Shown piece by piece: positions 1-7,096 of a stretch of 24,355 nucleotides of DNA. A program made the position numbers and the translations under genes. The DNA is taken from positions 1-24,355 of the forward strand of contig CAZVXG010000002.1 of NCBI GenBank assembly GCA_964631635.1. The letters are read 5' to 3'. The notes beneath the pieces are model-generated. The model searched no databases. It was not told where the DNA came from and saw only the letters and a list, made by a program, of their open reading frames with translations. Each line of letters starts with the position of its first letter. Within the stretch, counting starts at the first letter, position 1. The stretch is from an uncultured bacterium. GTDB lineage: Bacteria; Chlamydiota; Chlamydiia; Chlamydiales; SM23-39.

Positions 1-280
1 GATCGACGAAATGCCCCGTGATCGAGCTTGTTTCGATCAGCTGCATGAGCGAATATCCTGTGAGGTGTGCCGATCCGAAATGGACAATAGTCGCCTCGCC
101 AAATCGCGTCATGTCGATCGCATCGACGAGTTCAATGACAAATCGCTCGATGTTCTTTGGATCGGTCACAGAACAGATTTTGCCGCCGCGGCAGTCCAGG
201 ATGAGGTGATACCCCCAAGATCCACAACTTTCTTTCGTCGACGCCGAATATTCAGATGTACAAGTCAAGAGATCCTCCAT
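1..280 (-). CDS. speD: S-adenosylmethionine decarboxylase (SpeD)-family pyruvoyl-dependent proenzyme, 3'-truncated by the window edge; substrate uncertain
   Basis: Not in the ORF track because it runs off the window. Manual translation from ATG 280: MEDLLTCTSEYSASTKESCGSWGYHLILDCRGGKICSVTDPKNIERFVIELVDAIDMTRFGEATIVHFGSAHLTGYSLMQLIETSSITGHFVD. The WGxHLILD start, the VHFG and the G(Y)SxxxLIETSSIxxH segment match the AdoMetDC fold. Alternative TTG start at 268 with a GGAGG SD. Confidence 0.8.
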   Translation of the reverse strand, partial: MEDLLTCTSEYSASTKESCGSWGYHLILDCRGGKICSVTDPKNIERFVIELVDAIDMTRFGEATIVHFGSAHLTGYSLMQLIETSSITGHFVD

Positions 281-321
281 ATTTTGATGAAAAAACGTAT
301 AACGTATTTTTTCTTTCTTTT

Positions 322-1182
322 TCAAACAACAGAAAATTTTGTAGGCATCCTCTCAATGACGTTCATCAATTTCTGGATAAAATGGAAGGTGCCAAAGTCT
401 GAATCTAACGTTGGGTTATATTCGACCATCTCGAAAGCTAGGGGAGGGAATTCTTGAAGCAGAGAAAGAGAAGAAAAAAACTCGTTCGCATCGATTCCTC
501 CCGGTACAGGAGTCCCGACCGCTGAAACAAAAGAGGGATCGATGCTGTCGAGATCGAAACTGAACCCATAACCGACCGTACGGCGGGAAACAATTTCTAA
601 TGCCTCTTTCATCACAGTTTCCAGTCCTCTGGAAATGACTTCTTCCATGAAATAGACCCTCACATTTAATGCCTTCAATAGCTTAGCTTCGCCAGATTCA
701 AAGCTGCGGATGCCGATTAATACAAGATGTTCAGGCTTAATTTTCGGAAAAGGATCGGAAATCTGCGTTAACTGCGCATCCCCATGCCCTAATAGGACTG
801 CGAGAGGCATGCCATGAATGTATCCGCTTTCGGAAGTGGAGGGAGTATGCGCGTCCATATGCGCATCAAACCAAATCAGTCCCAGATCTCCTTTTGGCCT
901 CAAAGCGCTGGCCGCTCCAGACCAAACTCCAATGGCGCTGGAATGATCTCCTCCTATGGAAACAAAAAAAGAATCGTTTTTTACAAACTGGAAAGAAAAT
1001 TGAGCTAGCCTTTGGTTGGAAAAGGCAATCGATCGCAGAATCTTTTGGATTCTTTTATTTGGGAGAATGATCTCGTGACAAGAAAAATTTGGAGAAAGTC
1101 GATCCCTTAAAAATAAAGGACTCTCTCCGCTCCCGGGGCGATTTCCTCCCAAATCTGAAGCCAAGCCAACCCATGGGATCAT
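322..1182 (-). CDS. rocF: Arginase (ureohydrolase family, binuclear Mn)
   Basis: Motifs GGDHS, DAHMD, HGMP, SFDLDSIDP, GTPVPGG and EYNP. ATGA overlap with the tpx stop. Confidence 0.88.
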   Translation of the reverse strand: MIPWVGLASDLGGNRPGSGESPLFLRDRLSPNFSCHEIILPNKRIQKILRSIAFSNQRLAQFSFQFVKNDSFFVSIGGDHSSAIGVWSGAASALRPKGDLGLIWFDAHMDAHTPSTSESGYIHGMPLAVLLGHGDAQLTQISDPFPKIKPEHLVLIGIRSFESGEAKLLKALNVRVYFMEEVISRGLETVMKEALEIVSRRTVGYGFSFDLDSIDPSFVSAVGTPVPGGIDANEFFSSLSLLQEFPPLAFEMVEYNPTLDSDFGTFHFIQKLMNVIERMPTKFSVV

Positions 1183-1700
1183 CGCTTACTTCCCTGATGG
1201 CCTTGCAGCACTTCGAGAGCTTTATGATAGTTGGGTTCCTGGGTGATTTCAGGGACCAGTTCGGTATAGAGAACGTGATCCTTCTCATCGAGGACGATGA
1301 CGGAGCGGGCGAGGATGCCGGCGAGAGGGCCGTCTTCGATCAGGATACCGTACGCAAGGCCGAAATCCTTGCTGCGCATCATGGAAAGAGTCAGTACATT
1401 GTGGACGTTCTCTCCTTCGCAGAAACGCTTTTGCGCGAAAGGGAGATCCGCGGAAACTGTGAGGAATATAAGATCCGGATGCTTCTTGGCAAATTCATTG
1501 AAATGACGGGTCATGATGCTGCAGACGCCGGTGTCCAGGCTGGGAACAGTGGCAAGCAGCTTCCGTTTGCCTTGAAATTCGTGCAGGGTGCGGTCGTTCA
1601 AGTCCTTGTCCACCAACTTGAAGTCAGGCGCTTTGATGTGAAGGGCAGGGAGGGTGCCGTTGGTGCGGATCGGTTTTCCTTTAAGCGCGATCTGTGCCAT
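1179..1700 (-). CDS. tpx: Thiol peroxidase Tpx (atypical 2-Cys peroxiredoxin)
   Basis: VPSLDTGVC peroxidatic motif, SADLPFAQKRFC and LARSVIVLD. Strong SD (AAAGGAG) before ATG 1700. Confidence 0.95.
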   Translation of the reverse strand: MAQIALKGKPIRTNGTLPALHIKAPDFKLVDKDLNDRTLHEFQGKRKLLATVPSLDTGVCSIMTRHFNEFAKKHPDLIFLTVSADLPFAQKRFCEGENVHNVLTLSMMRSKDFGLAYGILIEDGPLAGILARSVIVLDEKDHVLYTELVPEITQEPNYHKALEVLQGHQGSKR

Positions 1701-1723
1701 AAAACTCCTTTCTGATGGAACGA

Positions 1724-2491
1724 TTAAACGACAAAAGGCGCTTTTTCAGCAATGCCGCAATAACCTGTCTTAAGACTTTTGGAAAAACAAAAGCGAAAGT
1801 CTTCACAGACCTTTCGGGTGAAGATCATTTTCCAAAAGGAGCTCGAGCCGAATTTTGGCCTGACGCCCATGATCGTTCGAACGCGAAGACGATGATCGAG
1901 ACAATATTGTTTTAATTCCGCCGGTTTGATGAAGAGCGAATAAACATGCATATTTTTCGGCGTGTTTCGGACGCACCATTCCACTCCTTTGATGACGACG
2001 AGATAGCTCAGGGGATTGCGATTGAACGTATGGAAAAAGAAGACGCCTCCCGGTTTGAGGACCCGCGAGGCTTCCGCGATCAGGAGCTGCGGCTCCTCAA
2101 CGTGCTCGAGTACATCCAGGGCGCAAGCCGCGTCGAAACTTTCATCTGGGAAGGGGAGCGAGTAGGCGCTGGCCCGTTTATAATGAACCTTGCCGGTCGA
2201 GTCGAATTTCCGGGCGATCAAGAGACTGCTTTCAGACAAGTCGATGCCGGTCGCATCATGTCCCACTTGTGCAAGGGCATTGGTTAGGATGCCGGCGCCG
2301 CATCCGATATCGAGAATGGAGATTTTCGCGAGGAAACGCTTTCCGATCTCATCGATGATCCAGGGGGTGCGCAGCTTATTCTCGGCGCGCAAAAGCGCAA
2401 CGGGGTGGTTGCAGGAAGTGTACCATCCTTCATCGAGGCGATCATAGAATTCATTATTGATTAGTGTTTGAGAACCGGTTTGTCTTTCCAT
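1724..2491 (-). CDS. ubiG: UbiG-like SAM-dependent O-methyltransferase (3-demethylubiquinone 3-O-methyltransferase family)
   Basis: Motifs ILDIGCGAG (SAM motif I), LDVLEHV, LKPGGVFFFHTFNRN and HVYSLFIKPAEL; the N-terminal AENKLR resembles UbiG NPLR. Start moved to ATG 2491 (255 aa) because the track start at 2602 lies inside the upstream gene. Confidence 0.82.
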   Translation of the reverse strand: MERQTGSQTLINNEFYDRLDEGWYTSCNHPVALLRAENKLRTPWIIDEIGKRFLAKISILDIGCGAGILTNALAQVGHDATGIDLSESSLLIARKFDSTGKVHYKRASAYSLPFPDESFDAACALDVLEHVEEPQLLIAEASRVLKPGGVFFFHTFNRNPLSYLVVIKGVEWCVRNTPKNMHVYSLFIKPAELKQYCLDHRLRVRTIMGVRPKFGSSSFWKMIFTRKVCEDFRFCFSKSLKTGYCGIAEKAPFVV

Positions 2492-2967
2492 ATGAAATTC
2501 CAGAATACGATTTGATAGATCATAAAACAAGCCACGGCTGAAAATTGCAGTTTCAAGAAGAGCTCGAGCGGTTCTCTTCGGTCTAGCCAGGCGGCGATCC
2601 ATGGCGCAGTCTCGGCTCCATGAACAATCGGCCAGATGAGAGCGGCTGAGCTAAGCGCAATCGGATGGAGGAGAAAGAGCATAGCATGGAACCAATTCTC
2701 AGCGCCGGAGCAATGTTCTTTATGAATGAACTCATCTTTCGTCACCATGAGGCAGGAAAGAGCAGCGAGAAGGCAATAGGGGAGGAGGGTTCCTTTAGAG
2801 AATGGGACGAAGAGGACGTAGCCTACGCAGACGAGGATCGTGAAGGTATCCAAAGGGTGGCCGATCCGCTCCCAGCGCGGAAGTCCACGTCGGCGGTGGA
2901 ACCAGAGCTCATCGATTCCGATGATAATCGCTTGCAAAATAAAGGGGAGAATACTCAAAATCCACAT
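2461..2967 (-). CDS. Uncharacterised ~4-TM membrane protein with a duplicated DE-x2/3-H...E-x3-H motif
   Basis: 168 aa with hydrophobic segments. Overlaps the PKS (13 bp) and the methyltransferase (31 bp). Motifs DELWFH...ERIGHPLD and DEFIH...ENWFH...HP. Confidence 0.8.
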   Translation of the reverse strand: MWILSILPFILQAIIIGIDELWFHRRRGLPRWERIGHPLDTFTILVCVGYVLFVPFSKGTLLPYCLLAALSCLMVTKDEFIHKEHCSGAENWFHAMLFLLHPIALSSAALIWPIVHGAETAPWIAAWLDRREPLELFLKLQFSAVACFMIYQIVFWNFIWKDKPVLKH

Positions 2968-4085
2968 GACTTTTCCATAATGGCTCCGGAAATGCTCAAG
3001 CCAGGTCCGAAGGCGAGGCTGACGACATTCGTTCGATCCTTTGCTTGAGGGTCGGCGAGGATTGCTTCCCAGATATGGGGAAGAGTTGCGGAAGACATAT
3101 TGCCGCAGTTTTTCAAGATTTGGCAGCTATAGGCCATCTGCTGATCGGACAAAGAAAGAAGATTTTGAATATGATCGAGGATTTTTGGGCCTCCAGGATG
3201 GATAGCAAAGAGCATGTTCGAAAGAATCGAGTCGGAAAGTCCAGCCTTCTTGCAAAGTCTTGCGAGATAGCTTTTTAAAGCGCGGGCAATCAGGACTGGA
3301 AGTTCTTTGGATAGAGTCATTTGGAAGCCCCAGTTGACGACATTCCAGGTCATGCTGTTGGACGAGTCGGGAATGATCTCTTCGTGGATCGCAATGATTT
3401 TGAAATGAGGCCCCCGAGGGTCGGCGGAGAGGGTGTATTTGATGAATCCGTCGGCAAACAGGCTTTGGGAGACGAGCTGATCGATCTGGTGCAGGGAAGG
3501 GTTCGAATGGAGACAGCAGATTTCAGTATGGACGATATCAGCCCGCGATCCATTTTTTAAAAATCCAGCCCCCATCCGAATAGCAGGAAAAGCTCCATAG
3601 CACCCCATGTGGTAGGCATGAGTGACAGTCGTGGCGATCCCCCAACCTCGCTTGGAAACAAGCTTCTGCGCGCCGCTAGGCGAGACATAACCGGTACAAC
3701 TCACATGGATCAAATCGGCAGGAGGATCATTCGAATCGGGATAATAGGCTTCGAAGATCCCATCGACGTGCTGCTCGAAGAATTTCGAACGAACCGAGAG
3801 ATCTTTTCCATTCGGAGATTCGATGAGGCGATAGACGTCCATCTTGTCCCAATTGCGATGGAGGAAATCGGCCAGGATGTGTCCCCGTTTCTCAATGTAT
3901 CCAGGCTTGCATCCGACGCGCCAGAGCTTCTGCCGCAATTCTTCTCGAAAAAGGGAGGCTTCTTTTTCGCTCATTCCCCGGGTCAGTTCAGCTTGGCAGT
4001 GAGCTTCTATGAACCAATCGAACGTTTCCAACTGCATGGTTTCGAAAGGAGGGCGGATCGAATGAAAATTAGAAAGTGCGATCAT
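2955..4085 (-). CDS. Type III polyketide synthase (chalcone/stilbene synthase-like)
   Basis: Catalytic triad motifs HMGC*YG (Cys), AIH*PGGPKIL (His) and GN*MSS (Asn), plus HVSCTG and the C-terminal AFGPGL loop. Confidence 0.93.
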   Translation of the reverse strand: MIALSNFHSIRPPFETMQLETFDWFIEAHCQAELTRGMSEKEASLFREELRQKLWRVGCKPGYIEKRGHILADFLHRNWDKMDVYRLIESPNGKDLSVRSKFFEQHVDGIFEAYYPDSNDPPADLIHVSCTGYVSPSGAQKLVSKRGWGIATTVTHAYHMGCYGAFPAIRMGAGFLKNGSRADIVHTEICCLHSNPSLHQIDQLVSQSLFADGFIKYTLSADPRGPHFKIIAIHEEIIPDSSNSMTWNVVNWGFQMTLSKELPVLIARALKSYLARLCKKAGLSDSILSNMLFAIHPGGPKILDHIQNLLSLSDQQMAYSCQILKNCGNMSSATLPHIWEAILADPQAKDRTNVVSLAFGPGLSISGAIMEKSCGF

Positions 4086-4143
4086 GTAGCTTTCATATTT
4101 ATTGATTCTGAATTATATCGCCAGATAATGTGCGCATCGATGG

Positions 4144-4229
4144 ACCCAGGCCTTACGGCCTGGGATTGCAAGCGGTTTGAAAATATCCGGCCTGCCTCGC
4201 AAGTCTTCGACAGAGGGCCGGGTTTCCCG
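4144..4229. repeat. Dispersed structured element, copy A (86 bp; short hairpin plus long irregular hairpin)
   Basis: acccaggccttacggcctggg-attgcaag-cggtttgaaaatatccggcctgcctcgcaagtcttcgacagagggccgggtttcccg aligns to the reverse complement of 7262-7343 with 6 substitutions and 2 indels. Confidence 0.9.
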
Positions 4230-4240
4230 ACGGAGGAGGG

Positions 4241-4447
4241 ATGAAACGATTTTTTTGGCTTTGCCTTTTTTTCGGAGGCTATATCTGGATGATCGTCACC
4301 GGCAACGAACAGTTGGTCCTGGAGCGAACTAGGGCGCTGTACAATTTAGTAGCGCATTGGCTCGAGGATGCCGACATAGATTTTCAACTGCACAACAAAA
4401 AAAAATCGCCCAAGGAAAAGCATCTTCGCCCCAGAAGATGGGATTAA
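4241..4447 (+). CDS. Small hypothetical membrane protein (68 aa)
   Basis: Strong SD (GGAGGAGG) before ATG 4241. N-terminal hydrophobic helix (FFWLCLFFGGYIWMIV) and basic C-tail. Fills the gap convergent to the TauE gene. Confidence 0.7.
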   Translation: MKRFFWLCLFFGGYIWMIVTGNEQLVLERTRALYNLVAHWLEDADIDFQLHNKKKSPKEKHLRPRRWD

Positions 4448-4450
4448 CTC

Positions 4451-5266
4451 TTACCTTCCAAACAATAGTGTTGCGCCCGTGAAGGCCAGTACGCAGGAGA
4501 AAATCCGTTTGATCAATGGCGTCGGAAGCGTGTGCGCAAGCATGACTCCCAAAGGCGTCGTCAAAAGCGAAGCCAATCCCAGAGTCAAAAAACCGGGCAG
4601 ATTAATATAACCGATCGATTGGGGGAGGGGAGGGGCTTTTTGTGCGATGATGATAAAGGCTATGCTGCCGAAAAATGATGAGGTGAGGGTGGAGACAGAA
4701 GAAACCGCCACCGCATTTTTGAGCTGCATTTGATAGCCAAGGAGGATGGGAACCATGAAGATCCCGCCCCCAATGCCCAAAAGAGTCGAGAGACATCCTA
4801 CTCCAAGAGTCCAAATCATCAAGGTCCAGTTCAGATGTGAAGCGATATGCAGCGGAGGCAATTTCGGGAAAAAAAAATAGACGCTTAAAAGAACGATTAC
4901 GATGCCGAAAATGTATCGCAGGAATTCATTTGGAAGATAAAGCGTGAGAATAGCCCCCGCTATGCAGCCCAAGGCAAGACCCGGCACGATCCATTTCAGT
5001 GTATGGAAGATGATCGACTGCCTCCGATGATGAGACCAAACGGCCCCGCAAGAGGTAATGAACGTACTGGCCAAAGCTGTCGCGATGGCGACATGCATGA
5101 GGTTTTCTCTGGGGAATTGGTAGGATCGCAGCATAAAATAGAGAAGAGGAACCGTGATGACCCCTCCGCCGATCCCCAACATTCCCGCAAGAACGCCTGT
5201 CATCGCGCCGAAAAAAATAAAAATCAAAATCTCTTCGATCACTTCTCTTATAATACCATTTATCAA
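4451..5266 (-). CDS. TauE/SafE (TSUP) family sulfite exporter-like membrane protein
   Basis: Two repeated G(M/L)LGIGGG(V/I)xxVPxL motifs in the N- and C-halves, ~8 TM helices and the C-terminal IKRIF motif typical of the family. Confidence 0.85.
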   Translation of the reverse strand: MINGIIREVIEEILIFIFFGAMTGVLAGMLGIGGGVITVPLLYFMLRSYQFPRENLMHVAIATALASTFITSCGAVWSHHRRQSIIFHTLKWIVPGLALGCIAGAILTLYLPNEFLRYIFGIVIVLLSVYFFFPKLPPLHIASHLNWTLMIWTLGVGCLSTLLGIGGGIFMVPILLGYQMQLKNAVAVSSVSTLTSSFFGSIAFIIIAQKAPPLPQSIGYINLPGFLTLGLASLLTTPLGVMLAHTLPTPLIKRIFSCVLAFTGATLLFGR

Positions 5267-5338
5267 AATTAAACTTCAGAACTGCGGACGACTTTTACCT
5301 GCGATCCTGCGCCTTCACTCAAGGCAACTTTCCTCAAA

Positions 5339-5368
5339 TTGTCCTTTCGCTCCAAGCTATGGTATAAT
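5339..5368 (+). promoter_or_regulatory. Sigma66/sigma70-type promoter for the lipoprotein gene
   Basis: TTGTCC (5339-5344), an 18-bp spacer, then TATAAT (5363-5368) with an extended TG (TGGTATAAT). Confidence 0.5.
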
Positions 5369-5423
5369 TACCATATTGACAGTTTTTATTCTACAGGATA
5401 TCGGGTGGATCAAAGAGAGCCTC

Positions 5424-6296
5424 ATGAGATCCGTATTCCTTTGCCTTCCGCTTGCCTTGCTATACGGCTGCATAGCCAATGATGGCCTGAGGTCGGACAG
5501 CGTTGCAGAAACTAACGTCGTGAATCTGTCCCGTTTAAACGTCGGCATGAACCAATCCGATGTTCTCAGGATTATGCGGCAGCCCCACAGTCAGCAGACA
5601 TTCGAAATGGACGAGGCTATTTTCGATATTTGGTTCTATGTGACCAACCCCACCGTCTTAGGACAAACTCGCATGGTGCCGCTGAATCTCACGCCTCTGG
5701 CTTTCAAAAATGGGAATTTGATCGGCTGGGGATTCATCTATTATAACTATTTGGCCAAGCGCAGGGAAGAGGCGTTGAATCCCAAAACACCACCAGCTCC
5801 TCCGATCGAGAAGATCGAAGAGCCAAAAGAGAATATCGAGCTTGAAAAAGTTTTACAGCCAGCTACCGGACAGCAGCAGGCCTCTCCGCCATCCCAAGAG
5901 CAACCGAAGAGGGGACAGCAGCCATCAACTCAGCAACTGCCCAAACAGCAGCAGGCCTCTCCGCCATCCCAAGAGCAATCGAAGAAGGGACAGCAGCCGT
6001 CAACTCAGCAACTGCCCAAACAGCAGCAGGCCTCTCCGCAATCTCAAGAAAACCCGAATTGGGGACCGATAGAGTCGCCGCAGCAACGACCGCAATCAAA
6101 GCCTCAGCAACGACCGCAACCGAAGCCGGGCAACGCCAAGCCCCCAATATCCATGTCTTCCAAACCCCAGAAACCAGATCCGCATCCGCCTGACTCCCAG
6201 CCAATGCAGGAACAAGAGAAAAAAAAATTGCCTTTGAATGAAAAGGATGAGCAAATGCTCGAAGAGGAATTAGAGCAAAACTTCAATCAAACCTGA
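5424..6296 (+). CDS. Putative lipoprotein, DUF3192/SmpA-OmlA(BamE)-like domain with a long Gln/Pro/Ser-rich C-terminal tail
   Basis: Start moved to ATG 5424 (290 aa): MRSVFLCLPLALLYGC has a lipobox-like LYG-C16. The domain pattern LxVGM...V..IM..P...WFYVT...TPLAFKNGxLIGWG matches DUF3192 as I recall it. Confidence 0.7.
   Translation: MRSVFLCLPLALLYGCIANDGLRSDSVAETNVVNLSRLNVGMNQSDVLRIMRQPHSQQTFEMDEAIFDIWFYVTNPTVLGQTRMVPLNLTPLAFKNGNLIGWGFIYYNYLAKRREEALNPKTPPAPPIEKIEEPKENIELEKVLQPATGQQQASPPSQEQPKRGQQPSTQQLPKQQQASPPSQEQSKKGQQPSTQQLPKQQQASPQSQENPNWGPIESPQQRPQSKPQQRPQPKPGNAKPPISMSSKPQKPDPHPPDSQPMQEQEKKKLPLNEKDEQMLEEELEQNFNQT
5871..6049 (+). repeat. In-frame 75-bp tandem repeat (about 2.4 copies; QQQASPPSQEQxKxGQQPSTQQLPK)
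   Basis: Units start at 5871, 5946 and 6021. A second 24-bp duplication (PQQRPQxK; cagcaacgaccgcaa at 6081 and 6105) follows. Confidence 0.95.
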
Positions 6297-6327
6297 TGCG
6301 TCTTACCTTTGGATATCGTCTTGCATA

Positions 6328-6355
6328 ACGTCTGATAATACATGTTATGTTAAAC
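6328..6355 (+). other. dif: dif site (XerCD chromosome dimer resolution site)
   Basis: ACGTCTGATAA-TACATG-TTATGTTAAAC has the 11-6-11 architecture. The right arm matches the E. coli XerD arm TTATGTTAAAT at 10/11 positions and the left arm ends in the conserved ATAA. It is intergenic between convergent genes, and KOPS-like octamer polarity flips here. Confidence 0.85.
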
Positions 6356-6375
6356 AAAAAGAAGGCGCTCCGGTC

Positions 6376-6421
6376 GATACGCGGCAGCTCCCTGGCGGCA
6401 AACCGGTGCCGGCCGCGTCTT
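6376..6421. terminator. GC-rich stem-loop between convergent genes (possible terminator or structured element)
   Basis: acgcggc (6379-6385) pairs with gccgcgt (6412-6418), with an inner ctgg/ccgg stem. Followed by only a short T run. Confidence 0.35.
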
Positions 6422-6452
6422 TAATGGCTGTCGCCCTCTGCATCCTTGCGGA

Positions 6453-7025
6453 TCAATAGCTACAGAAAATTCTCATTCTATCGTAGATTGTCTTGCCTTG
6501 CTCTGCGATCTGATCTCGATACATGTAGCCAGCAATTCCGGCTGCGCCAAGAACACCGAGGCCGGCCCCTGCCATTGCGACTGTTTTTATTGATGGACGG
6601 CGAGAAACTGGTTGCTTTGTTATTTGATCGTCTTGTTTTTGAACGATGCCAGTTTGCTCTGTTATTTGATCGTCTTGTTTTTGAACGATACCAGTTTGTT
6701 CAGCTGCTTTCTGAACGTTTTCTGCTACAGAAGCGATTCTTGCTTGCAGCACTTGGTGTGCATTTTCAAGCGCGGGGCTGATGTGTGCGTCATCAATAAT
6801 TGCGCGCTGTACATCTGCCGTCTTGTCGCTAAGAGAGCGGAATGCGTCAAGAATGACTTGATAAGAAACGGGTTCTTCGGTTTGTGCGTTTACAATTTTT
6901 TTACCTTGTAAAGTCTGTTCTGTAACAAATACAATTTTGTCCAGATTTCTTTCGCGACAATTTTGGTTTCTCGCAAAAGACTCCATGACCGCCGCAGTGC
7001 TTGCTGAAGATACATTCGTTGCCAT
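6453..7025 (-). CDS. Orphan protein with a C-terminal single TM helix (candidate secreted effector)
   Basis: Start moved to ATG 7025 (190 aa; SD-like AAGGGT; the track start at 7079 overlaps the -10 box). Ser/Thr/Ala-rich N-terminus, helical Q-rich middle and a Gly-rich TM VAMAGAGLGVLGAAGIAGYMY. Confidence 0.65.
   Translation of the reverse strand: MATNVSSASTAAVMESFARNQNCRERNLDKIVFVTEQTLQGKKIVNAQTEEPVSYQVILDAFRSLSDKTADVQRAIIDDAHISPALENAHQVLQARIASVAENVQKAAEQTGIVQKQDDQITEQTGIVQKQDDQITKQPVSRRPSIKTVAMAGAGLGVLGAAGIAGYMYRDQIAEQGKTIYDRMRIFCSY
6612..6698 (-). repeat. In-frame 42-bp tandem duplication (EQTGIVQKQDDQIT x2)
   Basis: Units 6612-6653 and 6654-6695 differ at 2 positions. Confidence 0.95.
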
Positions 7026-7067
7026 AATAAATACCCTTTGTTTAATATTATTATCAAAAACAATTAA

Positions 7068-7096
7068 ATTATAGCACATTCTAAATAAAATGAAAA
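7068..7096 (-). promoter_or_regulatory. Sigma66/sigma70-type promoter for the orphan gene
   Basis: Minus strand: TTTTCA (7096-7091), 17 bp, TATAAT (7073-7068) with an extended TG, inside a very AT-rich tract. Confidence 0.6.

Noticed and set aside
11-457. Plus-strand ORFs 11-457 and 18-209
   Set aside because: Antisense shadows of the SpeD-like gene and the arginase 3' end; no recognisable motifs.
4144-4229. Structured element as a c-di-GMP-I riboswitch or HEARO/omegaRNA 5' end
   Set aside because: Only loose resemblance. The GNRA/receptor pair and the GGCAAAC/GCAAAG junctions are missing, and no iscB/tnpB/tnpA lies nearby. A covariance search is needed to exclude it fully.
1089-4244. Long plus-strand ORFs (1089-1715, 1946-2287, 2665-3048, 3609-4244)
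   Set aside because: They lie opposite well-supported genes. Long antisense frames are expected in GC-rich coding DNA, and none has family motifs.
5871-6698. Tandem repeats as a possible CRISPR array
   Set aside because: Units are adjacent, in-frame multiples of 3 inside ORFs, with no unique spacers and no cas genes.
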